Positions 1-9,122 of a stretch of 64,000 bases of DNA are shown piece after piece. Where the stretch lies: assembly GCA_965278995.1 (NCBI GenBank), contig OZ257136.1, positions 133,094 through 197,093 of the forward strand. Direction: 5' to 3'. This DNA is from Gammaproteobacteria bacterium (GTDB lineage Bacteria > Pseudomonadota > Gammaproteobacteria > Ga0077536). Each line of letters begins with the position of its first letter. The first letter of the stretch is position 1. The notes under the pieces are model-generated. The model had not been told where the DNA came from and searched no databases. It was given only the letters and a program-made list of their open reading frames with translations. Both the position numbers and the translations under genes were made by a program.

Positions 1-2
1 GA

Positions 3-155
3 ACGAAGCCAAGATTCGGCGGCGGTCTCGATGATGCATTCTGGAACGGAAGACGATTGGCCGTTCCGGGTACTGCATTGCTGTTTGGCACGATACCCGT
101 GCAGGCAACGCCGGAGTCCGTCATCGACATCATCAGGAGCATTGGCGTTACTTGA
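3..155 (+). CDS. 3' end of a CDS entering from the left edge, product unknown
   Basis: Frame-3 open reading TKPRFGGGLDDAFWNGRRLAVPGTALLFGTIPVQATPESVIDIIRSIGVT to TGA at 153-155, convergent on the TetR gene; family not recognised. Confidence 0.45.
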   Translation, partial: TKPRFGGGLDDAFWNGRRLAVPGTALLFGTIPVQATPESVIDIIRSIGVT

Positions 156-175
156 GCGTGGCTGCCGCTGACGAC

Positions 176-820
176 TCAGCGGCGAGCGCGCGGTCGGCTG
201 GCCGAGCCGCCAGCGATTCCAGATTTTGTTGTCAGGGCGGCGACCAGCATCGCATACAGTTCGTCGAATGCCTCGGCGATGGCAAGGTCAGTTGAACGAT
301 AGAATTCCGGTTCGCGCAGTCGATTGATGGCCGCGAAAACAACTTCAGCAATGAACGCCGGCGGTACTTCGCGAAAAACAGCGGCGCGAATTCCCGACTC
401 GATGATTTCAGTCAAGCCGTCAACACGCAGCCGCACATGTTGCTGCCACACCGCACGCGCTGGCGCCCAGGCATGAATATCGGAAACAGCAGTAGCGCTC
501 AGGCGCTCGGCCGCGTGTACACCCGCCTGCAAATAGCGATAGATACGTTGCTCCGGTCCGTCCTGGCCGAGCATGGCAACTGCGGCGTCGCTGCGGATGC
601 GCCCGAAGAATCGTTCAATCACGCGCAGGATGAGCTCATCGCGACTGGTTGCGAGTTCATAGAGCGTTCGCTTCGAGCAGCTCAATTGCCGTGCGATATC
701 GGACACATTGAGACGGGCAAACCCACGCGACAGCACGAGTGCCTCGAACGCATCCAGGATCTGTTCGCCGCGGCGCGTAGGGGCAAATGGCGCAGAATGA
801 ATTTCAGCTGTCGGTGTCAA
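176..820 (-). CDS. TetR/AcrR family transcriptional regulator
   Basis: N-terminal HTH RRGEQILDAFEALVLSRGFARLNVSDIARQLSCSKRTLYE; start uncertain (TTG 820 or ATG 853). Confidence 0.88.
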   Translation of the reverse strand: MTPTAEIHSAPFAPTRRGEQILDAFEALVLSRGFARLNVSDIARQLSCSKRTLYELATSRDELILRVIERFFGRIRSDAAVAMLGQDGPEQRIYRYLQAGVHAAERLSATAVSDIHAWAPARAVWQQHVRLRVDGLTEIIESGIRAAVFREVPPAFIAEVVFAAINRLREPEFYRSTDLAIAEAFDELYAMLVAALTTKSGIAGGSASRPRARR

Positions 821-1025
821 TGGCCAAGCTTCACGGTGGGCACCTGAGGGCATGATACCCAGGCAGCGCGCGCGCCGGCCACCGTTACTGCAGGACGACA
901 AGCGAAGTGGCGCTGCATCCACCTTCACAAACCGCCAGAGGCTCGCCGGGCACAGTCAGTCGAACGCTGCAATGCGACATGCACGGCCTGCGAACGGGTG
1001 CATTAATGCGTTACAAATGAGTCGG

Positions 1026-1054
1026 TTGACAGGGTGCTGGCGCGCCCCTATATT
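1026..1054 (+). promoter_or_regulatory. Near-consensus sigma70 promoter
   Basis: TTGACA (1026-1031), 17-bp spacer, TATATT (1049-1054); perfect palindrome GCATTAATGC at 1000-1009 just upstream. Confidence 0.65.
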
Positions 1055-1300
1055 CCGGGCTTCGCGGTTGTTTCGGGGGGATGGCGCCGCACGCGGTGTT
1101 CGATAGTTTCGGGCGCTGGCATTGCGGAACTGGGGCGTTCTACTCCGGTTCAGACGATTGTCGATTTTCAGCCTTGCGTTCGCTGTTCTTGAGATTTATT
1201 GAATGAGTCCGACGCCGATCGGACAACGACCCGCTGCGGCGGATCATTGCCACGCTGCAGTCCCGACACAGGACGCCAGGCGGTTTAGGGGAGTTTACGA

Positions 1301-1414
1301 ATGATGTACGAGACCGGCTCGATCACGTCGAGCCAGTGCAGCACTCCTGCCGACATGTCACCGCTCATGGTGGCCGCTCTGTCGTGCACTCTCCGCTCGC
1401 GCAACGCGTGTTGA
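1301..1414 (+). CDS. Candidate small ORF / leader peptide (37 aa)
   Basis: Strong RBS AGGGGAG about 7 nt before ATG 1301; MMYETGSITSSQCSTPADMSPLMVAALSCTLRSRNAC*; below the ORF-track size cutoff. Confidence 0.3.
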   Translation: MMYETGSITSSQCSTPADMSPLMVAALSCTLRSRNAC

Positions 1415-1510
1415 AACTTAGGATGCGCGGCAGCTCGATGACCTACGTTTCGGCTCAGCGTGAAGCTTAGTCTTCCGCTCCATCATTTTAGCAATTCGGA
1501 CCCAAACACA

Positions 1511-2545
1511 ATGAATATGACCTTGCACCTGGACCGCGTGTTCAATCGTCTGGCCCTCGATATCGCCCTCGTCTGTTCGGCGCTGGTCGCGGTACCGGTG
1601 CTGGCCGCCGAAGAAGCCGCCAGCGGCGATCAGGCTATCGAGATCGTTCGCAGCGGCATTCCGCACGACGCTCTGTTCGCGCTCGACATGAGCGGCAGCT
1701 ATGGTATTGCGGTTGGCGCTTTCGGCCTGATGCTGGAAAGCAAGGACGCCGGTGCGAGCTGGGCAGTGCTGCCGCCAAAAACACCGCTGGCCTTACTGGG
1801 TGTCAAGCGTGTCGGTGACCATTCCGTCGCCGTTGGCCAGCAGGGAATGGTCATGACTAGAGCGGGTGACGCTGAATGGACCGTCATCCAGAGCGGTATT
1901 ACGCAGCGCCTTCTAAATGTCGACATGAACGAGTCGGGTCTCGCATTGACGGTCGGCGAGTTCGGCTTTGTCTCAGTCTCTACCGACTTTGGCGCAAGTT
2001 GGACCGCCAAGCCGCTGGATTGGACGACCTATAACGAAGAGGGCTACGAGCCGCATCTGTACGAAGCCACGGTCACTGCAGAAGGCGTCTTGATGATCGC
2101 GGGGGAATTCGGCCTGATCCTGCGCTCGGAGGATCAAGGTGCGACGTGGACCGCGGTCAACCATGGTGATGAGTCGGTCTTTGCCATCCATCTCGCCAAC
2201 GATGGCAGCAACTCTGGTTATGCCGTCGGACAGGAAGGAATGATCGCCCGCACGACGGATGCGGGTCTGACCTGGACCAAGCTGCAATCGCCGAGCAACG
2301 CCAATCTGCTCGGCGTCTGGTCGGGCAATAGCGAGGTCGTCATTACCGGCATCCGCCAGATGCTGCGCTCAAGCGATGACGGCGCGACGTTTACGGGAAC
2401 CTCCGATCTCAACGTCGCTCGCACCTGGTTCCAAGGGGTGTCTGCCGCCGTGGCCGAGTCACCGTCGGGCGAGAAGGGTTTCCTGCGTCAGCAGACCGTG
2501 TTCGTTGCCGGGCACCGCGGCACGATTGCCAAGGTCGTCAAATAA
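1511..2545 (+). CDS. YCF48-related BNR/Asp-box beta-propeller, exported
   Basis: Signal peptide ending VLA-AEE; repeated Asp-box motifs SKDAGASW, STDFGASW, SEDQGATW, TTDAGLTW, SSDDGATF and VGxxG blades; typical partner of DUF1302/DUF1329. Confidence 0.85.
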   Translation: MNMTLHLDRVFNRLALDIALVCSALVAVPVLAAEEAASGDQAIEIVRSGIPHDALFALDMSGSYGIAVGAFGLMLESKDAGASWAVLPPKTPLALLGVKRVGDHSVAVGQQGMVMTRAGDAEWTVIQSGITQRLLNVDMNESGLALTVGEFGFVSVSTDFGASWTAKPLDWTTYNEEGYEPHLYEATVTAEGVLMIAGEFGLILRSEDQGATWTAVNHGDESVFAIHLANDGSNSGYAVGQEGMIARTTDAGLTWTKLQSPSNANLLGVWSGNSEVVITGIRQMLRSSDDGATFTGTSDLNVARTWFQGVSAAVAESPSGEKGFLRQQTVFVAGHRGTIAKVVK

Positions 2546-2574
2546 GCGCGTCAAGGCGCGCATCCGGTTCTCAC

Positions 2575-2610
2575 GCCGTCAGCGTCAGGCTGACGGCATC
2601 ACTTGTTTTC
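2575..2610 (+). terminator. Putative intrinsic terminator hairpin after the YCF48-like gene
   Basis: GCCGTCAGC-gtcag-GCTGACGGC followed by a weak T-rich tract. Confidence 0.4.
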
Positions 2611-2704
2611 GTTCACTATCGTTGCTGTACCGCAACATAGATTGTGTGCACTGCACAACACTCACATCGTTGCATTATCGCAACGCCGCGGCACAAATTA
2701 TCGA

Positions 2705-2790
2705 CCTAAATACCAACAAACGGTGTTTTTAGGCGTTGACAGCGTCGCGAAAATAAGCCGTAATAATAGAACTGCCGGAAAACCGGTAGT
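2705..2790 (+). promoter_or_regulatory. AT-rich promoter/operator region upstream of the DUF1302-like gene
   Basis: TTGACA at 2736-2741 with TAATAAT at 2761-2767 (non-ideal spacing); inverted repeats CCTAAA...TTTAGG (2705-2733) and ACTGCCGG-AAAA-CCGGTAGT (2771-2790). Confidence 0.45.
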
Positions 2791-2890
2791 ACTAAATTTG
2801 CACTGTACCAGACAAACAACAAAACGATTGTCGTCCGAGTACTACTGGGGTCCCAAGAAGATTCATTTGTCTAGGAGGAGAGCGGGAGTG

Positions 2891-5275
2891 ATGAAGCACA
2901 CAATCGCACGATTTCTCATGGCTGGAGGCGTAGCCGGTGGCGTCATGGTTGCCGGAACGGCAAGCGCTATCGACTTCAACGTCACCGGCTTTTTGCGTCA
3001 GGAAATCAGCTACGGTATTTCCTCGACGGAAAACCCGAACAACCTCATGTCCGGCCCGTTCAACGGCCGTGTCAATCAGAACCTGACCTTCGGCGGTTTC
3101 GGCGCAGGCGGTGATGCGTTTATTTCCGGCTTGCGCACAGCAGCCGGCGCTGGGGCGGGACTTGGTAACAATGGGGGCGCTCCGACGTCCCTGTATGTCA
3201 CGCCGAATCTCAACGGTGGCGCGCCGATCGTGGGCGGTATTTTTTCGTCCTTCCGCAACCCGGTGGCTGCAGCGGAAGCGCAGGCTGGGCAATTCCTGCC
3301 TGCAGGCGCAAATACCTCATTGCAGTTTGACTGCCATCTGAACTACCAGCGCGCCTTGGCGAGCCCGGGGACCAAGACCGGTTTCGGCCCGCGCGTTCTG
3401 TCCGACGGCCTGGCAACGTTTGCCGCGTCCGGTGCGGCTGGTGGAGAGAACTGCCCGCTGGGTGCCGATATCGGCCATCTGCCGGCCAACGATCCGGCGC
3501 GTGCGGCTTACGACGACATCAACTTCAACACGTTCAACACGCGTGCGGAAGTCGACGTACAGGCCAAGATCAGCGAAGAGTTCGCGGCTTACATGAAGGT
3601 GCGTGCCTACTACGATGGTACGTCCAAGTTCACTGACGGCAAGATCGGCGACAACTACAACACGCCGTTCTGGGGCAGCCGCGGCCAGATCACAGAATGG
3701 AACAGTCCGTCGTCGATTATCGACATCCCGGCGCTGTACCTCGACTGGAACCACGGTCCGCTATGGCTGCGCGCTGGTAACCAGGTCATCGCCTGGGGTG
3801 AAGCGTATTTCTTCCGTACCATGGACGTCGCTAACGGCCTCGACCTGCGTCGCCACCTGACACTTGGCCCAGGCGCCGAGGAATACCAGGACCAGCGCGT
3901 TGCCTCACCGGGCCTCCGTTTGAGCTATACGTTCCAGAATGGTTGGGAAGTAGACAGCTTCGTGCAGATGTTCTCGCCGACCATCCTGCCGGGCCAGAAT
4001 ACGGCTTACAACCTGGTCAGCCAGAATGGCGCACGCCTCGATGACTCTGCCGGGTTCGATGATGCCAAGGGCTCCCTCAACTTCGGTGCGCGCCTGAACA
4101 TGCCGCTGACCGAGTCGTTTACCGGCATCCTGGCCTATGTCAACCGGCGCAATCCGGATGGCGTGGTGCGCAACGTCGATGCACCGACGTACTGGGCTGG
4201 CAGCCCGAATTCCGGGTGCTTGAATAACTACAATGACACTTTGAACGTTCTGGCTAACGGTGTCGGCGGAGCGCTTTTCGGCGGACTCGGCTTCGGTGGT
4301 GGTTCAGTAGCTTCGGTCCAAACAGCGTTGGCAGCCAATGGCATTGCCGCTTTTCCGACGCTCAATACGGCCGCTCGCAACCAGGAAAACGGTTGCGGCT
4401 CCACGTTCGCGCCGGATCCGTATGGCACGACCTCGCAGAAATACTGGTCCACCATTCAGAGCGCTCGTCTGGATAACGGGAATTACATCGACCACGTCAT
4501 CAACGACTTCCCGGCTGCCAAGTGGGCCGTCCGCGATATCTTCGGCTTCGGCACCGAGCAGAACTTCGCTGAAACCTACCGCACCTTGGAAGGCTTCCGC
4601 AGTTCTTTCGGCCCCTTCATCCAATGGGTGGGCCGCGAGTTCAAGCGTGAGAACCTGTTCATGGTGGGTGGCAACTATGTCGTGACGACCGACGACCCGA
4701 ACTCGGTGTTCGACCAGTTGATCATCCGCGGTGAAGTGTCGGTGACACCAGACAAGAAGTTGACCAACGACCTGACTTTCGATTACACGGAAGTGGATGA
4801 CGTCGTCTCGGCCCTTATCTTCGAGAAGTATCACCGTTTCAGCGACGCATTCCCGGCAACCTACATGGTTGCGCAGTGGATGCACCGCACCTCGACGGAC
4901 CTGTTCGGGCGCGACCTGGACAAGAACGACTCGCCGGGTATCGATACGTTCATTGATCCGGTTACGGGCAACTTCACGGCGGCGGCGTTTGACTCGGACG
5001 CAATGGACCCGCGTGGAACGGCCAGCGCCAACTATGTGGTGTTTGCCTTCCAGCAGCCGTTCCCGAACCTGATCTGGCGCTTCGACATGTCGGTGCTGGT
5101 TGACGTAGCCGGCGGCTACCTGGTTCAGCCGGGTGTCCGTTATCGCCCGTCCGCCAAGTGGCAGTGGGATCTCTACGCGACCGTCATCGAATCACCCGGT
5201 GCCGATCACGACACGATTACCGAAGATCTGGACTGGGCTGACGAAATCTTCGTTCGCGCGACCTACTTCTTCTAA
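2891..5275 (+). CDS. DUF1302-like outer-membrane beta-barrel protein with large Gly/Ala-rich insertions
   Basis: RBS AGGAGGAG; signal peptide MKHTIARF...ASA-IDF; motifs RAGNQVIAWGEA, DVANGLDLRR; C-terminal beta-signal FVRATYFF; context with YCF48 and DUF1329. Confidence 0.8.
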   Translation: MKHTIARFLMAGGVAGGVMVAGTASAIDFNVTGFLRQEISYGISSTENPNNLMSGPFNGRVNQNLTFGGFGAGGDAFISGLRTAAGAGAGLGNNGGAPTSLYVTPNLNGGAPIVGGIFSSFRNPVAAAEAQAGQFLPAGANTSLQFDCHLNYQRALASPGTKTGFGPRVLSDGLATFAASGAAGGENCPLGADIGHLPANDPARAAYDDINFNTFNTRAEVDVQAKISEEFAAYMKVRAYYDGTSKFTDGKIGDNYNTPFWGSRGQITEWNSPSSIIDIPALYLDWNHGPLWLRAGNQVIAWGEAYFFRTMDVANGLDLRRHLTLGPGAEEYQDQRVASPGLRLSYTFQNGWEVDSFVQMFSPTILPGQNTAYNLVSQNGARLDDSAGFDDAKGSLNFGARLNMPLTESFTGILAYVNRRNPDGVVRNVDAPTYWAGSPNSGCLNNYNDTLNVLANGVGGALFGGLGFGGGSVASVQTALAANGIAAFPTLNTAARNQENGCGSTFAPDPYGTTSQKYWSTIQSARLDNGNYIDHVINDFPAAKWAVRDIFGFGTEQNFAETYRTLEGFRSSFGPFIQWVGREFKRENLFMVGGNYVVTTDDPNSVFDQLIIRGEVSVTPDKKLTNDLTFDYTEVDDVVSALIFEKYHRFSDAFPATYMVAQWMHRTSTDLFGRDLDKNDSPGIDTFIDPVTGNFTAAAFDSDAMDPRGTASANYVVFAFQQPFPNLIWRFDMSVLVDVAGGYLVQPGVRYRPSAKWQWDLYATVIESPGADHDTITEDLDWADEIFVRATYFF

Positions 5276-5300
5276 GTCGCAAGACGCTCTGGATGAATTG

Positions 5301-5328
5301 GAGCCGGCCTAGTGCCGGCTCTTTTTTT
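5301..5328 (+). terminator. Rho-independent terminator
   Basis: GAGCCGGC-ctagt-GCCGGCTC followed by TTTTTTT, shortly after the stop codon at 5275. Confidence 0.9.
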
Positions 5329-5636
5329 GCTCTGCCCTGATGTTCGGCAGGCTGCATCCGGGCACCCGCTCTCTACACTGTAAAACTTCGCATCCGATTG
5401 ATTTTGCTGCACTGCAGATGCCGCGAGCTATGCATGAATGGGGTATGCTAGGTGCCGCCGACGGGCTGGCAGCGCAGCGTCAGAAGCAGGCAACGGCGGA
5501 AGCGCCAGCGAGGCGGCGATACGCACCCGATCTGTCGAATTCGAGACCCCCACACCGATCATGACCCGTTATCTTTCGATTTCTTCCATGCCGATGTGCT
5601 TGCCTGGCGCTGCATTGCGCTGCGGATACACCGCGC

Positions 5637-6755
5637 ATGGCTAAGCCTCGCCGTCTTGTCATCTGGCTGGTGTTTCTCGCTTTCTCTGCCGTTTTGCATG
5701 CCATCGTCTCGGGCAAAATCGGCCATGAGATTGAGCGCAATAAAGTCCCGATACCGTTGGAGGAAGAAGTCGAGATTGCCATTGAGCAGGCGCCGCAACC
5801 GCTGATTGAAAAGGAGCCGCCGCCGGAGGAGCAGCTCGAATTCGACCAGGAACTCGAACTCGAGCCGCCGGAAATACTCATTGCGCCGAAAGCAGTGGTG
5901 CCACCACCACCCGATGTCACCGTGGCACTTAAGGCGCAAGCCGGCGGATTTGAGGGCGTCGATATCCCTAAAGCGCTCAACGTCGGCAATATTCCGATCA
6001 CTGCCAGCAAAGGGTTTGGCGGTTTGAAGAGCGGTATCGGCAATGGCCTGGGTGACGGTACTGCACAGTTCGCGGCCTACATCGCCGGCTTGCGCGAAGC
6101 GGGGCTCGATGTGATGTTCGTCATCGATGCAACCGGCTCGATGGGTTGGGTGTTGGAGGAAGTGAAAGATCGCATTGAGGACATCTCGCAGATAGTGCGG
6201 TCACTGGTACCGATAGCGCGTTTCGGTTTCGTTGCCTATCGCGATTACGACGCACCTGAATTCGTCACGCGCCTGCAACCACTGACCTACAGTACCGGCA
6301 AGCTGTATCGCTTCATGAGCTCGCTGAAAGCGCTTGGTGGCGGCGACTGGTACGAGGCCATTGATGCGGGTATCAGGGTTGCAATCGAAGAAGCCGGTTG
6401 GCGCCTTGGCGCGCGACGACTCATCATCGTCGTCGGCGACGCACCATTGCGTGAAGGGCAATTGAACAAGATAGTGCGCCAGATAGAGCAGTTCTCGCGG
6501 TCCGGGGGCATTGTCTCCACGCTGGATGTGAGCGATCAGGCCAATCCGCATCTGCTCGAAGCAAAGGTCGGTCGCAAAGTCAGTCTGGCGATGTACCGTA
6601 ATTCGCCCATGCAGGAATTCCAAATCATCGGCGAGGCCGGTCGTGGCGACACAGCGACGCTCGATGGCGATTTGAAACTCACCAGGCGCCTGATCAAGCT
6701 CATCATGGGCGACCAGTTTGCGACCCAGATGCAGGCGCTGCTGGACGTCATGTAA
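5637..6755 (+). CDS. Membrane-anchored vWA-domain protein with Pro/Glu-rich linker
   Basis: N-terminal TM helix with SAVLH; linker EKEPPPEE...VVPPPPDV; MIDAS motif DVMFVIDATGSM, then VAYRDY, GGGDWYEA, IIVVGDAP. Confidence 0.85.
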   Translation: MAKPRRLVIWLVFLAFSAVLHAIVSGKIGHEIERNKVPIPLEEEVEIAIEQAPQPLIEKEPPPEEQLEFDQELELEPPEILIAPKAVVPPPPDVTVALKAQAGGFEGVDIPKALNVGNIPITASKGFGGLKSGIGNGLGDGTAQFAAYIAGLREAGLDVMFVIDATGSMGWVLEEVKDRIEDISQIVRSLVPIARFGFVAYRDYDAPEFVTRLQPLTYSTGKLYRFMSSLKALGGGDWYEAIDAGIRVAIEEAGWRLGARRLIIVVGDAPLREGQLNKIVRQIEQFSRSGGIVSTLDVSDQANPHLLEAKVGRKVSLAMYRNSPMQEFQIIGEAGRGDTATLDGDLKLTRRLIKLIMGDQFATQMQALLDVM

Positions 6756-9043
6756 TGATTACCATGAAACATAAGTTCGTCTCGTTTCGTGTCATCGTGG
6801 ACAACAGCGGGTGTCTGCGTGTAGCACTGGCACTGATGGCACCGGCAATACTGGCGGTGCTGCTGACACTGGTCGGCATATCCGTCGCGCAAGCGGCGGA
6901 AGGTGGAGATCCGCAAGCGCAGCTTCGCGGCATGCTGGGGCGCTTGCAGGGTCAGGTCGGCTCGGATGTATTCAACACCGTTGCCAACGAAGTCGGCCCG
7001 ATCATCGATACCGTTCGCGAAACCAAGATGACCTCTCAGCAGCTCATCGTAATCCGCGATCTGGTCGAGAACATGCGCGAAGCGACGGCGCGTCGACTGA
7101 GCGAGATTGAAGCAGAAGCGAATGACAGCGAAGCTGCGCTGGAAACCCTCTACCGGTCACGCGTATGGGACGACCTGAGTTTCGCGCTGGGCGCATTCCC
7201 GTATTGGCGGGCCTGGGTCGATCTCGAACTGGCACGGCCTTACACCGACAAAGGTCAGAAAATTCAAGCTCTGCTGCCGGCGCAGAAAGGTTTTCGTGCT
7301 GCCTCGATGCAATTGTTCCGACCTGGCCTGGTCTACGGCGGTTGGCTCGGGCTCGGCTTCTGTGAACTGGAACTCGGGCGCACCGATAGAGCGACGAAGA
7401 TATTCCAGAATCTCGATAAAGCGCTTGCCGCGGAACCGGACTCGCCAATCAAGGAAGCTGTCTCGCTGGAGCTTCGCATGCTCGAGGCGAAACAGGGCAA
7501 GGTAACCGGCATTCGTCGGGCCGGTGGCGCTGTCGATACCAATGAATTACCCCTGCTCAAGACCGAAGCGTTCGCGTTGCTGCAGGATAGCCGCAAGACC
7601 GGCGGCCGCCCGCTGCTGGCGGCTGAACGGCTGAAAGCCATTATTGATGCCGGGCGTATCGATCAGGAACTGTTGCAGAGCATGCTCACGTACGCGCAGG
7701 AACTTTCAGGTGTTGATATTGGCGCGTATACGGATCTCGCCGGAGCCGAGTTCGCGCTCGCCAACGAGAACTACTATGACGCGATGAAAAAATACGAGCG
7801 CTTCTTTAACGAAGTCGTTGCGCCGCCCGGATTGGATTTATCTGGTTATCGCTATCGCTGGGCCGTGGCCGCCTACAAGCAAGGCATCTACCAGCCTGCT
7901 ATCGATATTCTTGAGCAGCTGTTGCGCGCGCCTGCGCTACCGGACGACGTAGACCAGGCCGCATCGAAACTTTTGTATGCCGTTCATGCAAGCCGCGACG
8001 CGCGCTCGAATTCGCCGACCAGTCGTCAACAATTACGAAATGCCGCACAGCGGTTCGTCAGCAAAAACCCAAACGATACCGACGCTGACGCTGCTCGCAT
8101 GATGATTGCGCAGACCGCTCCGGATGCAAAAATAGCGTTGCAACAGCTCAGCGAAATCAAATCGTCGAAATACAAAGGCGAAGTCGAACGGACGGCGTTC
8201 CAGATTGCCGCGCGCGCATTCAGCGACAAGATAGCGCGTGGCGCGTCGAGTGCCGCCACCGGTGCCGCGCAGCAGGGCATCATGGCGTTCCAGCGGCTGC
8301 CCGCTGAAGATAAACAGGACCCGTTCAATTTCGCGCTGCTGCTGCAGATGCGTGCGCTGGTCGATTCCAAACCGGCCGATGTCATCGCAGCCTTGGATGA
8401 GATCGAAAAGAAAGGTGTCTCGAATCTCGACATTCGACGCGCACTGGTGTGGTCGAGATTGAAGCTCTTCGATCGCATGCAGGCGCCAGAGCAGGCACTT
8501 GCCTATATCAAAAGCCTGGCCGACAAAGGTATTGAAAGCTGGCAGATAGAGTATTTGTATCCGTGGATCACCGAGAGAAAAGATATCGAGCAAAGGCTGG
8601 CCTACGCGCGGCTGCTGCAGCCGGGTGTCACTGACCAACCGGAGATGGACCGACGACTTCGCGGGCTCATCATTGAATCGCTGATGGCGCAGGAACTGGC
8701 GCAAGAGGCCTATGACGCTGCGCACGATTTCGCCAAGAACTTTCCGAGTTCGGGCAACGCCTGGAAGCTGCTGGCGCAGACTGCGGAAAAAGCCAGTCAA
8801 CCGTTCGAGGCCGATAAAGCATGGAGCGTGATCACCGGCAAGGCGGCGCCGGCGATGCCGGTCTGGTGGGAAGGGATGCTCGGGCGGGCGCGCATTCGAA
8901 TGGCGTCGGGACGTCCGGAACAAGCCTGCGAATTGCTGACCCAGATGGTAACGCAACGCGCCTTCGTGCCGGCCGAATACAGCAAGGATTTTGCCCGACT
9001 CGAAGCGAACCCCGAGTGCGCGGTGCGCGCTTCGGCGCAATGA
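6755..9043 (+). CDS. Large exported alpha-helical TPR-like protein
   Basis: TAATG stop/start overlap with the vWA gene; hydrophobic signal ending AQA-AEG; TPR-like helices such as YRWAVAAYKQGIYQPAIDILEQL and WWEGMLGRARIRMASGRPEQACELL. Confidence 0.7.
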   Translation: MITMKHKFVSFRVIVDNSGCLRVALALMAPAILAVLLTLVGISVAQAAEGGDPQAQLRGMLGRLQGQVGSDVFNTVANEVGPIIDTVRETKMTSQQLIVIRDLVENMREATARRLSEIEAEANDSEAALETLYRSRVWDDLSFALGAFPYWRAWVDLELARPYTDKGQKIQALLPAQKGFRAASMQLFRPGLVYGGWLGLGFCELELGRTDRATKIFQNLDKALAAEPDSPIKEAVSLELRMLEAKQGKVTGIRRAGGAVDTNELPLLKTEAFALLQDSRKTGGRPLLAAERLKAIIDAGRIDQELLQSMLTYAQELSGVDIGAYTDLAGAEFALANENYYDAMKKYERFFNEVVAPPGLDLSGYRYRWAVAAYKQGIYQPAIDILEQLLRAPALPDDVDQAASKLLYAVHASRDARSNSPTSRQQLRNAAQRFVSKNPNDTDADAARMMIAQTAPDAKIALQQLSEIKSSKYKGEVERTAFQIAARAFSDKIARGASSAATGAAQQGIMAFQRLPAEDKQDPFNFALLLQMRALVDSKPADVIAALDEIEKKGVSNLDIRRALVWSRLKLFDRMQAPEQALAYIKSLADKGIESWQIEYLYPWITERKDIEQRLAYARLLQPGVTDQPEMDRRLRGLIIESLMAQELAQEAYDAAHDFAKNFPSSGNAWKLLAQTAEKASQPFEADKAWSVITGKAAPAMPVWWEGMLGRARIRMASGRPEQACELLTQMVTQRAFVPAEYSKDFARLEANPECAVRASAQ

Positions 9044-9122
9044 GCGTCAGGCGCGGCCCGCGCTCGCACGAAGCGTGTTCAGGCCATTGGTTGCCCGGCC
9101 GGCCATGTTCGATGATTCAGTT

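Noticed and set aside
1511-2545. Photosystem II assembly factor Ycf48 implying phototrophy
   Set aside because: Only the propeller fold is shared; the context is DUF1302/DUF1329 and no photosynthesis genes are present.
5330-5636. Riboswitch or small gene upstream of the vWA gene
   Set aside because: No motif I could recognise and no ORF with a convincing RBS; an Rfam scan would be needed to exclude one.
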